This document shows positions 34,646 to 43,135 of a stretch of DNA of 64,000 nt, in pieces. The DNA comes from a virus. Position numbers and translations under genes: made by a program. Under the pieces are notes generated by a model, which had not been told where the DNA came from, made no database searches, and worked only from the letters and a program-made list of their open reading frames with translations. The first letter of the stretch is position 1. Every line of letters begins with the position of its first letter. Location: IMG/VR virus record IMGVR_UViG_3300045988_063800, positions 1 to 64,000 of that record. One strand, given 5' to 3'.

Positions 34646-35914
34646 TCAGAGATTGGCTACAAGTGTGTCGTATGCAGCTCGCGAGGTCAGCAATGCGTTG
34701 CGCATGAGACCGAGTGACATAAAGCCGTCAATACGCCCGGGTGTCTTCGCTCTGTTCGTTGTGACATTCTTTCCTCGTCCTCGTGAGATACATCCCACCT
34801 TCTGCTCCCTGGCAAAGCCAAGACCTCCGATGCGTCGCTTGCCGGTTGCGGTAGCACGCAGAGCGTCAAGAATGAACGTAGACAGCGTGTCGATGTCCTC
34901 CTTTACGTTGATTATCGGGAGAACCTGCGTTGCCCATGAGTGACCGTCATAACCCTTGTAGAGGTATCGGTTAATCATGTTTACCGATGTCGTGAGCGTT
35001 GCACCCCGTCTACAGCACGAACGCGACTCTATCTCCTTCTGAAACGTCTTGATGCGTGTAGAGGAAAGCGATATGCTGCTGCCCTTGATTGAATAGCCGA
35101 GGAACTTGAACCAATGGTTTGCGTCAAGATACTCCACCTTCTTCGGGTTGAGCTTCATCTGCATATTGCCAAGCTCCTCCGTAAGAATGTGCATCGCCTT
35201 AACGTAGTCACTACCGACATAAAGCATATCGTCGGAGTAGCGGGCGTAATAGCCTTCGAGCTGCGATAGTTTCTCGTCGATATGATACAGGATTACGTCT
35301 GCGAGCCACGAGGCTACGGAGCAACCCTGCTTTAACGACTGATACTTCTCGTGCAGCTCACCTTCGGGAGTGAAGTACAGGTCGGAATGATAGTAGTCGC
35401 GAAGGACATCTATCAGAGCCGAGTGTCCGTACTTTTCCTCCACCTTGTTGAAGGCTGCGTCAACGAACCCCAACGGAACACTGTCAAAATACTTCGACAG
35501 ATCGGACTTGAAGCCGAGCACATCGGAAGTCTGCAACGCACACATACGGCGTGACACCTCCTGCACAACCCTACCGCAGCCAATTCCCTTCTGATACGAG
35601 CGACAGCTCGGATGAACCATCTCGGGCATAAGCTCGAAGAGAAGGTCGTTGGCTATGGAAAGCAGCACTCGGTCGGCAGGCTCGTTCACATACACGGTAC
35701 GGAACTCGCCGTTGTCCTTCGGTATCTGCGCTGTATGTGGCGGCATTATCTTGTACTTGCCGTCACGGATACGCTGATACATGAGTGCGCGCGCCTCGGG
35801 TTTGGTGAGCTTGTAGAGCACGCCTTTGGATATGTCCTTGACAACACCTTTGGCGATTGCGTACTGCCAGCGTTCGGGGGCGAAAAACATCTCTAAAATC
35901 TTATCTTCTTTCAT
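34646..35914 (-). CDS. reverse transcriptase, class unassigned
   Basis: 422 aa with IPKDNGEFRTVYV, ADRVLLSIANDLL, FKSDLSKYFDSVP, LKQGCSVASWLADVIL, YARYSDDMLYV and FKFLGYSI, which correspond to RT motifs 1-7. Confidence 0.9.
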   Translation of the reverse strand: MKEDKILEMFFAPERWQYAIAKGVVKDISKGVLYKLTKPEARALMYQRIRDGKYKIMPPHTAQIPKDNGEFRTVYVNEPADRVLLSIANDLLFELMPEMVHPSCRSYQKGIGCGRVVQEVSRRMCALQTSDVLGFKSDLSKYFDSVPLGFVDAAFNKVEEKYGHSALIDVLRDYYHSDLYFTPEGELHEKYQSLKQGCSVASWLADVILYHIDEKLSQLEGYYARYSDDMLYVGSDYVKAMHILTEELGNMQMKLNPKKVEYLDANHWFKFLGYSIKGSSISLSSTRIKTFQKEIESRSCCRRGATLTTSVNMINRYLYKGYDGHSWATQVLPIINVKEDIDTLSTFILDALRATATGKRRIGGLGFAREQKVGCISRGRGKNVTTNRAKTPGRIDGFMSLGLMRNALLTSRAAYDTLVANL

Positions 35915-35979
35915 AATTCTGTTGTTATTTAATGGTTTGTAAATAAGTCAAGCGGTTACGATGTGTAACCACTTGTGGT

Positions 35980-36177
35980 TTAGGCTGCGGAACGTGTCTT
36001 GTACTCCACGATGGCGGCGAACGAACCGAAGCCGTTGCGCCATCTTGATTTCTCGTACTTCCATCCGTTTTCGCGAAGATACTTACGGCAGGCATAGCGT
36101 GACATAGGCATTGATTTGTCCAACGCTGCGTTCACACCCTCGTACTCGAAGGTGTAGAAAACAATTCTGTACTTCAT
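35980..36177 (-). CDS. small hypothetical protein (65 aa) between the structured element and the RT
   Basis: Track ORF 35980-36186. The ATG at 36177 lies in a cassette context (MKYRIVFYTFEYEG...). The stop lies in a GCC TAA box. Confidence 0.45.
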   Translation of the reverse strand: MKYRIVFYTFEYEGVNAALDKSMPMSRYACRKYLRENGWKYEKSRWRNGFGSFAAIVEYKTRSAA

Positions 36178-36237
36178 AATAAACAAATTTTGGTTTGATA
36201 GACTATCCGCTGCCGAACAACGGATAGGTTTAGGCTT

Positions 36238-36376
36238 GTCTGCGGCTCACGGACGGGTGCCTGTCTGTAAGCGTGTGATTTCAAAGCTTGCAAGGAAGGT
36301 CCCTTGCCTGACCGATAGGCGGGTAAGGGACCTTCTTCTGCGAAGCTTTCATAAATGATGCCGAGCCACCGCAGAC
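36238..36376 (-). ncRNA. candidate rod-like structured RNA element upstream of the RT unit
   Basis: The outer helix pairs 36238-36248 with 36363-36376. Inside it are an AAAGCTT/AAGCTTT helix and an 11-bp hairpin (36295-36305 with 36325-36335). The only ORF here is an implausible 70-aa one. Confidence 0.35.
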
Positions 36377-36404
36377 GGAACGGCAATTCCTTCTTGGCTG
36401 CGTA

Positions 36405-37397
36405 CTACTTCTTAGATGCAGGCTGTTTCTTCCACTCGGCAATCTTCTTTTCGACAGAGATGCCAGAGTCCTTGATAAGCTGCTTCATGGCACCGAGGAG
36501 TTCCCAACCTTCGAGGTTCGAGGCGAGATTCTCCATGCGTGCGAGCGACTGCTTTTCCGTGGTGCAGCCATTGAAGCGTGCGCCGTGGAACAGGATGAGG
36601 TTCTTCATCGTGAAGTACGCACCAGAACCCTTGTAGGCATCGGTGAACGCCTTTGACTGCTTGGTCTGCCAACGGAGATTGTGACGGTCACGGTTGAACG
36701 CTGCGACAGCCTTGTAGAGCTGATATGCGGACTTGGAATCGCCGATTGCTCTGATAGTCCATGCAATCGGAGCGAACACAACGTTCTCAATCTCGTCAGA
36801 GAACACGTTCTTGCCGAAGATGCGCTTGTAGAGGCGACCGCGGCATTTACGCTCCTTGATTTCCCCAACAACCTTGCGGAGGTGGTCGAGGTAGTCCTCT
36901 GCCATTTCAGTCACAACGTCCTTGTCGAACCAGCGGTTGCGCTCGCCAAACGACTCTGTGTCGCCGTGCTTGAGCATCTTATACTGCGCAAGCAACTCCT
37001 GCTCCACCATCTTCCACGAATACTCGTATCCGCGGTTCTGCAAGACCTCCGTGAAGTTGGGAGAATCCCACTTGCCCTCGTTCATCTCTCGGAGCATGTG
37101 GAACATCTGCGCCATAACCCAACGGCGATAGAGCTTGCCGTGTGCGATGTAGCGTCCTTCCATGATGCGAGAGAAAACAGGGTCGTCGTCAAGTACCTGT
37201 GTCGGAACGCCGTCCTTGACACGGACAATCATCTCTTCGCCCATAGGGAAGTAGTTGGAAACATCCACGCCCGCAGCCTTGAGTGCTTCGATACGTGCCT
37301 GTGCCGACTTCTTGCTGGGTTTCTGCTGACCTGCGCCGTTTGCGTTTGCTACCTCGTTGATAGTGAACTCACCTGAAATCATTACATTTCTTTTCAT
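36405..37397 (-). CDS. hypothetical protein (330 aa)
   Basis: Track ORF with the start in a junction cassette. No motif recognised. Confidence 0.65.
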   Translation of the reverse strand: MKRNVMISGEFTINEVANANGAGQQKPSKKSAQARIEALKAAGVDVSNYFPMGEEMIVRVKDGVPTQVLDDDPVFSRIMEGRYIAHGKLYRRWVMAQMFHMLREMNEGKWDSPNFTEVLQNRGYEYSWKMVEQELLAQYKMLKHGDTESFGERNRWFDKDVVTEMAEDYLDHLRKVVGEIKERKCRGRLYKRIFGKNVFSDEIENVVFAPIAWTIRAIGDSKSAYQLYKAVAAFNRDRHNLRWQTKQSKAFTDAYKGSGAYFTMKNLILFHGARFNGCTTEKQSLARMENLASNLEGWELLGAMKQLIKDSGISVEKKIAEWKKQPASKK

Positions 37398-37507
37398 AAT
37401 TCTTTTGTTTTTAAATTGTTAATAAAATGGTTAAAAATGTGAGTGAGATTTGCATCCCACTCTGATTTAGGCGGTTTATAGCAAATGCTACCATCTGCTA
37501 CCAAATG

Positions 37508-37963
37508 CTACGATTTGCTTGGTTCAACCCATGAGCGCAGGATAATCAAGTCCTTGTCGTTGGGAGATTGGTAGAACCAGCTGCCCCATTCCTTCTGCCA
37601 AGTAATGTAGCCTTGGATGATGTATGTAAGCAATCTGAGTTCTAACTTGCATCTCGCCACCTCACGTTGCTCACCATACATCATATCTTCGTCTGAGAGT
37701 TCTTTCTCAGACAAAGCCTTAAAGTAGCAACGTCTGTGTGACTCGGAACGCTCAGTAGGAACGGAGTGCTTATAATTCCTGTATGCCTTTTCTATTCCGT
37801 TCAACGCAACAGACAAAGGCAAACTACCATGTTGTTTCCAGTCTCTTGCTGTGATTTCCTCGCTAACAACAACCTCTCCGTTCACTCTACATGTTCTGTT
37901 TTGGAAGTTGATAGTGAACTTCGCACCATTCTCAACTTCATTGATAATCTCGTTGCATGTCAT
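37508..37963 (-). CDS. hypothetical protein
   Basis: 151-aa track ORF. Confidence 0.6.
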   Translation of the reverse strand: MTCNEIINEVENGAKFTINFQNRTCRVNGEVVVSEEITARDWKQHGSLPLSVALNGIEKAYRNYKHSVPTERSESHRRCYFKALSEKELSDEDMMYGEQREVARCKLELRLLTYIIQGYITWQKEWGSWFYQSPNDKDLIILRSWVEPSKS

Positions 37964-37991
37964 ACTCTTAATGATTTTGGTTAATAAATGT

Positions 37992-38128
37992 GGCGTGCCG
38001 AAGACCTCGGCGCATATCTGTACGATGCTGATTTGAAACAGTATGTGATGATCACGAGTCCACTCGCGTCAGTGGGAGACTCGTGATCAGTCACTACTGT
38101 TGAAATAAATATGGTCTTCCGGCACGCC
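37992..38128 (-). ncRNA. expanded 137-nt structured element occupying the hairpin slot of a junction cassette
   Basis: The outer ~15-bp stem pairs 37992-38006 with 38113-38128. The inner perfect 12-bp stem pairs 38049-38060 with 38078-38089 and encloses CACT/AGTG. Confidence 0.35.
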
Positions 38129-38151
38129 TTTTTAGGCTGCGCTGCCGTAGG

Positions 38152-38343
38152 TTAGCTCATGGAGCAAAAGAAGTCGTCGGGCGTGAAACACACGCCTCCG
38201 TACTCCTCTTCCACCTGCTCGTCAGACACAAGCTCGTCCGCAATGGCAAGCTCTCCGTATGACGGCTCGTAACCGAGGATGGCTTCGAGCATGGTGGATT
38301 TTAACTCTACAAGTTGTTCTCTCGATAGTTCTGATACATACAT
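38152..38343 (-). CDS. small acidic hypothetical protein
   Basis: 63-aa track ORF with a cassette start. Confidence 0.5.
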   Translation of the reverse strand: MYVSELSREQLVELKSTMLEAILGYEPSYGELAIADELVSDEQVEEEYGGVCFTPDDFFCSMS

Positions 38344-38386
38344 AATTCTAAAAGTTTTGGTTTATAGTGCCGTCTTTCGACGGCTT

Positions 38387-38671
38387 TTAGACTGTCAACC
38401 CGAGGTATTCTGATAGGGTATCTATCATAAGCTTGGTTACGCAGTCGTCATCTATGTCACTGACGTATTTGTTTACGTCACATCCATAGAGTTCTTCTCC
38501 TTCTTCGACTGCTTGCAATGCCTGTCTTGGAATGTCTCCTATAACGAAATCCAAATCAGCCTTCGTCTCGCAATCGTCAATGATACCATCTGGGATGTTG
38601 AGAAGCACGTTGTCTTTCTCATCAACGAGATGCCATTCATATTGTCCTGGAATAAATCTTACGTTGTTCAT
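38387..38671 (-). CDS. small acidic hypothetical protein
   Basis: 94-aa track ORF with a cassette start. The stop lies in GTC TAA AAG. Confidence 0.55.
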   Translation of the reverse strand: MNNVRFIPGQYEWHLVDEKDNVLLNIPDGIIDDCETKADLDFVIGDIPRQALQAVEEGEELYGCDVNKYVSDIDDDCVTKLMIDTLSEYLGLTV

Positions 38672-38721
38672 AATTCTTATGTTTTGGTTAATGTGCGCAG
38701 TTCTTAGCTGCGCTTTTTAGG

Positions 38722-38880
38722 CTAAACAAACTCGTAATCGTCATACATGCCATTGTAGCATTTTATAGCCGAGTGATTACGCTTGCATGTAATGGTGTCG
38801 TACTCTTGGCTAATTGAGCTTATTTTGTAAACACCATACTTGCATTTGCAGCAAACTTTTTCCTGAATGTCTGTAATCAT
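38722..38880 (-). CDS. small Cys-rich protein (52 aa)
   Basis: Hand-translated as MITDIQEKVCCKCKYGVYKISSISQEYDTITCKRNHSAIKCYNGMYDDYEFV. The stop TAG lies in a TAGCCTAAA box. Confidence 0.45.
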   Translation of the reverse strand: MITDIQEKVCCKCKYGVYKISSISQEYDTITCKRNHSAIKCYNGMYDDYEFV

Positions 38881-38928
38881 ATCTATAATGTTTTGGTTAT
38901 TGGTAGGGAGATTGCTCTCCCCGTTTGG

Positions 38929-39156
38929 CTATTCGATGTGTTGATAAGTCTCGCCGTTCTCTTTCTCGTAATCGGCATAGAATTCCTGATTATCTTCTGC
39001 CTCTACTATTTCTCCGCAGAAATTGTCGCTATCGAGAATGATTTCACTATTATTATAGGCGTCCTGCACCTTCTGTACAGCCTCTTCCTCACTCTCAGCA
39101 TCAACACTCACTACCTTGTTTAAAATCTCTGTGACTGATACATAATATCTCTTCAT
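38929..39156 (-). CDS. small acidic hypothetical protein
   Basis: 75-aa track ORF with a cassette start. Confidence 0.5.
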   Translation of the reverse strand: MKRYYVSVTEILNKVVSVDAESEEEAVQKVQDAYNNSEIILDSDNFCGEIVEAEDNQEFYADYEKENGETYQHIE

Positions 39157-39210
39157 AATTCTTGAAATTTGGTTAATAATGTCAGAGGGATTGCTCCCTC
39201 CGTTTTTAGG

Positions 39211-39471
39211 CTACCATTCTCTGCTATAGGCGAGCTTGCCATCGCCGGCTCTACGCATAGCGTCTGCAAAACTCTTAAAATTGACTGTTGATGCACTGCG
39301 TCCGTAACTACAGTAGCAGATATAATCCTTGCCGTATGAAGGACTGCCCCATCTCTCGCAAGTGTATATCCACATCTTTAGCTCGCCAACAATGATTGTG
39401 TATCCATCTTTCAAGTCGCTGTAAGCTGCACGCAAATTAGCTGTGCGTGTTCCTAAATCTATTTTCTTCAT
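39211..39471 (-). CDS. hypothetical protein
   Basis: Track ORF 39211-39504. The cassette ATG is at 39471 (MKKIDLGTRT). The stop is TAG in a TAGCCTAAA box. Confidence 0.5.
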   Translation of the reverse strand: MKKIDLGTRTANLRAAYSDLKDGYTIIVGELKMWIYTCERWGSPSYGKDYICYCSYGRSASTVNFKSFADAMRRAGDGKLAYSREW

Positions 39472-39520
39472 AATTGTTTGTATTTTGGTTTGTAGAGCCT
39501 GCATAACGCAGGCGTTTAGG

Positions 39521-39703
39521 CTAATCCCGAAGATGATGTTTCCATCTCAACGCTTTCGTGAGGGAGTTCACAACCTTAAAGGGAAGTTTGTAAAACCACC
39601 GACCCATATTGTTCAGCTGGATTGCATACTCCTTGTCAATTCTCTGAAAGCCACGCTCACCGCTATTGTCGATGGTGTAGCAGAAATACTTGTTGTCCTT
39701 CAT
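39521..39703 (-). CDS. small hypothetical protein
   Basis: Track ORF 39521-39709. The cassette ATG is at 39703. Confidence 0.45.
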   Translation of the reverse strand: MKDNKYFCYTIDNSGERGFQRIDKEYAIQLNNMGRWFYKLPFKVVNSLTKALRWKHHLRD

Positions 39704-39750
39704 AATCACAATAATTTGGTTTTTGTGAGGGAGATATGCCTCCCTCGATT

Positions 39751-40590
39751 TTAGGCTGCAACGCTCGGCTGTAATTGGTGTTCTTCGATTACCTCCTTTA
39801 TCAGCTCGTCCTCGTCACAATAATATCCCCAGCAGGAGTCAACCTCCTCCCAGTCGTAATCGTCCTCGTCCGCTCTCTCGCTGTCCTCGTAGACCTTCGT
39901 GTAACGCACCTTCTTCTCAAGAACAAAGCCTATCACGTCGCCCCACATCCATTTGCCGATACACTCTACTTCGCTTTCCATAGCGGAAACCGCACGTTTC
40001 TGCCAGTCCTTCGTTGTGCCGCCGTAACGTTTAATGAAACGCTCCTTTGTGCAATAGGAGAAGCCTTCAACGTAATCGCCCTGGCAGTAGCCGCGTGACG
40101 ACCATTCGTGTACCGCAATCTCTGTCTGACAATTTGAGAGAAGATAGATAAAATCCTTCTCGTCAAGAGCTTCGGAGAGCCAGCTACGGATGCCGTCCTG
40201 CACCTCGTCGGGTGTAAAGCTCTGCATCTCATGCCATTGTCTTTCCTCGTTTCCGTATCCGAAATAATGCTCAAGATACCACATGTGGCCCGAACGGTCG
40301 TAACGAAAGCGTAGAGAGTCGCTAAGGTACTCGTTGATGTACTTGATGAATTTCTTCTGCGGTACATACTTGCAAGCAAGCTCGCATACTGCGTCGGCAA
40401 GCGAATAGTCGTTTGAGTAGAACAGCTCCTCGTAGTTTGAGGCTTCCGACAATCTATTCCTGTCGCTGTAATCGAAAAGATGTACGCCTAACATATCCCA
40501 GTCCTTGCACGGACACGGAGGATATTTGTCGCGACGAATCTTGATTCTGTAATCACCAATTTCTTCTGTTTTGATAATGTCTTCACTCAT
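39751..40590 (-). CDS. hypothetical protein (279 aa), acidic
   Basis: Track ORF 39751-40596, whose first codon is TTG. The ATG is at 40590. It contains SRGYCQGDY...WGDVIGF...DSCWGYY, but I cannot name the family. Confidence 0.65.
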   Translation of the reverse strand: MSEDIIKTEEIGDYRIKIRRDKYPPCPCKDWDMLGVHLFDYSDRNRLSEASNYEELFYSNDYSLADAVCELACKYVPQKKFIKYINEYLSDSLRFRYDRSGHMWYLEHYFGYGNEERQWHEMQSFTPDEVQDGIRSWLSEALDEKDFIYLLSNCQTEIAVHEWSSRGYCQGDYVEGFSYCTKERFIKRYGGTTKDWQKRAVSAMESEVECIGKWMWGDVIGFVLEKKVRYTKVYEDSERADEDDYDWEEVDSCWGYYCDEDELIKEVIEEHQLQPSVAA

Positions 40591-40672
40591 ATTCAATTCT
40601 TTTTAGGGTTAATATTGTTCCGTTGCCGGTGTCGCTCCGATTGTGGTTTCTTTCCCCAACGGATAAGCCATG

Positions 40673-40990
40673 TTACTCTGACTCCTTGTAGTAGCAGCGC
40701 ACTTCGCCCGCCTCCTTTGCGAGGAGAGGGAGTATCTTCAGCGCGTTCTTGTTGCATACGTTCAGCTCGATGCTCACCACCTCGTCGTAGAACATCTTGA
40801 ACTCGTTCTCTTTAATGATGCCGAGGTGTCTTTCGTCCGTAATGAAATTGTAGAGCTGGTATGAGTCTTTGTCCTCACTGATGAATATCGCAAGAGCGTT
40901 GCCGCCGTAGATGCCAATCTCGTACTTTCTCTCGTTCTGACGGATGATTGCCTTGCCCATCTTGTCAGTCCATTTCCATTGTAATGCCAT
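40673..40990 (-). CDS. hypothetical protein
   Basis: 105-aa track ORF with a cassette start. Confidence 0.55.
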   Translation of the reverse strand: MALQWKWTDKMGKAIIRQNERKYEIGIYGGNALAIFISEDKDSYQLYNFITDERHLGIIKENEFKMFYDEVVSIELNVCNKNALKILPLLAKEAGEVRCYYKESE

Positions 40991-41037
40991 AATTCTTCTG
41001 TTTGTTGGTTAATTGCATCCGCATTTCTGCGGACTTT

Positions 41038-41193
41038 TTAGACAGGAGACGTTCTGAAACCGAAAATATAGCCGTTGTCACGCATTTCACGTGCGTACTG
41101 CAACGCCTCGCTTCTCGAACTGAATATCTGCGGAGTCATACAATAACCCCATGAAGTCCACATCTCCAATTTTGTTCTGATTGACTTTTCCAT
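41038..41193 (-). CDS. small hypothetical protein (51 aa)
   Basis: Hand-translated as MEKSIRTKLEMWTSWGYCMTPQIFSSRSEALQYAREMRDNGYIFGFRTSPV. It has a cassette start, and its stop lies in a GTCTAAAAAG box. Confidence 0.45.
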   Translation of the reverse strand: MEKSIRTKLEMWTSWGYCMTPQIFSSRSEALQYAREMRDNGYIFGFRTSPV

Positions 41194-41240
41194 AATTCTG
41201 TAATCTGTTAGTTAGTTGCACCTCCCCAAAGGGAGGCGGT

Positions 41241-41780
41241 TTAGGCGGTAACACACTGCTGTTCGAGCACGCAGGCAATCTCCGAAAGCGTGTCTTGAAA
41301 ATTGTACTTGATGCCGAACGTTCCAAAGGCTTTAAAATACCAATCCATAAGATACGCCCTGTCCTCGTCAGCCTGTTTGCTGTCTTCCGCTGCATCCAAA
41401 CGTGCAACCATTTGGGGAAACAGACGGAAGTAGTCGTCGCCGGCATACTCCGAACTCCAATATGTGCCCGTGATGTGAGCGAGATAGTCTTCCTCGATGT
41501 TGGCGAAATTGCCGTCCATGCGATGATTTTGCATGTGGAGATATTCCTTCATCTCTCTGTTCGCTTTCATAGTAAAATCCCAAGCGAGAGATTGAATATT
41601 GAAACCCTCGAAATCGACAAGGTATTCCTCTATGTCCTCAGAGTTCTCGTAGTCTTCCAAACACTCACGATAAAGAGCCTCTATCGCTTTGGCAAAATTC
41701 TCGACACCGATGTAGTCGGCTACCTTCTCGACAACCTCGCCTTTGTTGTTCATAACAACTTCTACAATATTCTTTTCCAT
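41241..41780 (-). CDS. hypothetical acidic protein
   Basis: 179-aa track ORF with a cassette start. Confidence 0.6.
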   Translation of the reverse strand: MEKNIVEVVMNNKGEVVEKVADYIGVENFAKAIEALYRECLEDYENSEDIEEYLVDFEGFNIQSLAWDFTMKANREMKEYLHMQNHRMDGNFANIEEDYLAHITGTYWSSEYAGDDYFRLFPQMVARLDAAEDSKQADEDRAYLMDWYFKAFGTFGIKYNFQDTLSEIACVLEQQCVTA

Positions 41781-41837
41781 AATTCGTTGTTTTTAGGTTA
41801 TACTTGCACTCTCCACAGGGGAGAGTCTTTAGGCTAA

Positions 41838-42113
41838 TCAGAACCACCAAGGAATAAAACATGCTATGTTTTTAGCCTCCTTGTGGGCTATTCTTCTCGT
41901 CTTCTTGTCAACAGAGCCATCAAGACATTGCGACATAGCACGTTTGAATAATGCGCCCATCACCCAATAAATAGGAATGTAATTATTAGGGCATTTTTCA
42001 ACGTCAATACAGCCTGAATGTAAAATCTCGCAAATACACTTGTCAAAAGTATCTTTGTCTTCAAATTTACGAAGAACTTCATGGCACTTGTCTAAAAAAT
42101 CTTTTTCTGTCAT
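41838..42113 (-). CDS. hypothetical protein
   Basis: 91-aa track ORF with a cassette start. Confidence 0.55.
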   Translation of the reverse strand: MTEKDFLDKCHEVLRKFEDKDTFDKCICEILHSGCIDVEKCPNNYIPIYWVMGALFKRAMSQCLDGSVDKKTRRIAHKEAKNIACFIPWWF

Positions 42114-42170
42114 AATTCTAAATGTTGGTTAATAGAAATCCCCACCCGTGATAGTGAGGATTGATTTAGG

Positions 42171-42422
42171 CTAACCGAACATGAGCGAGTCAATCATTTT
42201 GTAGAATGTGCCCTCGTCGGTGCTGTTGTAGAGATAGTGTACAAACTTGCGTCTGTCCTCCATTCTCAAGACTCTGTAATAATGCTTGAAGTCGGAGAAA
42301 TTGCCGTTTATCCACGACTCGTGCATTATCTGCATCATTTCGTACTCGCCTGCCACCTCGTAGGACTTAGCCTGCTGCGCAAGCGTTCTGCTTCTCCTTT
42401 CGGATGCTCTTTTTGTTGCCAT
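42171..42422 (-). CDS. hypothetical protein
   Basis: 83-aa track ORF with a cassette start. Confidence 0.5.
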   Translation of the reverse strand: MATKRASERRSRTLAQQAKSYEVAGEYEMMQIMHESWINGNFSDFKHYYRVLRMEDRRKFVHYLYNSTDEGTFYKMIDSLMFG

Positions 42423-42486
42423 AATTCAGAAATTAATTTGGTTAAACGTTGTTCTGTGCAGATAGGCTGCACAGATTTGTTGAGGC

Positions 42487-42855
42487 TCAATAGCCACGAT
42501 ACAGGATTCTCTTGACAAGCGCATACTCGTAACCTCCGTCCTGCCCTACGCAGTAGGTAAAGCTCGGCTTGTTATTACGCAGCTCAACCCACAGACGGGA
42601 AAGTATGCCACAGCTCTCGATTTTGCCGTACTTCATGTTGTGGAATACCTCGTCGTACTTTCTTTTCTGACAGCCAAGTGCTTGACAGAAGCCGTCAGAC
42701 AGCTCACGCAGAGCGCTGTCGGTAAGCTCGAACGGACACCTCTTATAATGCTTGTTGTTGTAGATTTGTCCGCTCAAAAAATCGTTCATCGTGAATTGTC
42801 CTGCATCGGCAGCTCTAAGCAAGCCGACGAGTGTTTTGTAAGTTCTTTTCTTCAT
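42487..42855 (-). CDS. hypothetical protein
   Basis: 122-aa track ORF with a cassette start. Confidence 0.55.
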   Translation of the reverse strand: MKKRTYKTLVGLLRAADAGQFTMNDFLSGQIYNNKHYKRCPFELTDSALRELSDGFCQALGCQKRKYDEVFHNMKYGKIESCGILSRLWVELRNNKPSFTYCVGQDGGYEYALVKRILYRGY

Positions 42856-42908
42856 AATCTTATTTTTGTTGGTTGGTAATGTAGGCGCACGGAATTTGTG
42901 CGCCCCGT

Positions 42909-43076
42909 TTAGGACTCTTCCACAGATAAAGGCTCACAATCTACACTTCCGACCATGTTGGCGTTGCCGTCAAGCCATGCTTTGTAAGCTATTTCTTTCG
43001 CTTCTTCCTCGTTGTCGGCTTGCACTTCCACAAAACCATAAGAGGTTTCTTTCAGGTTTACACAATATGTTTTCAT
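42909..43076 (-). CDS. small acidic protein (55 aa)
   Basis: Track ORF 42909-43112. The cassette ATG is at 43076 (MKTYCVNLKE). Confidence 0.45.
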   Translation of the reverse strand: MKTYCVNLKETSYGFVEVQADNEEEAKEIAYKAWLDGNANMVGSVDCEPLSVEES

Positions 43077-43135
43077 AATTTTCAATTTGTTGGTTGTAGT
43101 TCCTGCGTGCAATCGTCACGCAGGATTTTAAGGCG

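Noticed and set aside
34646-35914. Group II intron-encoded RT
   Set aside because: - There are no ribozyme-sized conserved flanks.
- No domain-V-like 34-nt hairpin with an AGC triad lies downstream.
- No maturase-X/En C-terminal signature was recognised.
- The gene starts and stops in ordinary junction cassettes like its neighbours.
36174-36386. A 70-aa ORF (MPFRLRWLGIIYESF...) between the 330-aa gene and the 65-aa ORF
   Set aside because: - It has no cassette-type start.
- It is co-extensive with the nested helices at 36238-36376.
- Its Pro/Arg/Ser-rich sequence is typical of a chance frame in GC-rich DNA.
41087-41583. Track ORFs 41087-41446 and 41368-41583 on the minus strand
   Set aside because: They overlap the better-supported 41241-41780 gene and the cassette-started 51-aa ORF 41038-41193 in other frames, and neither begins at a junction cassette.
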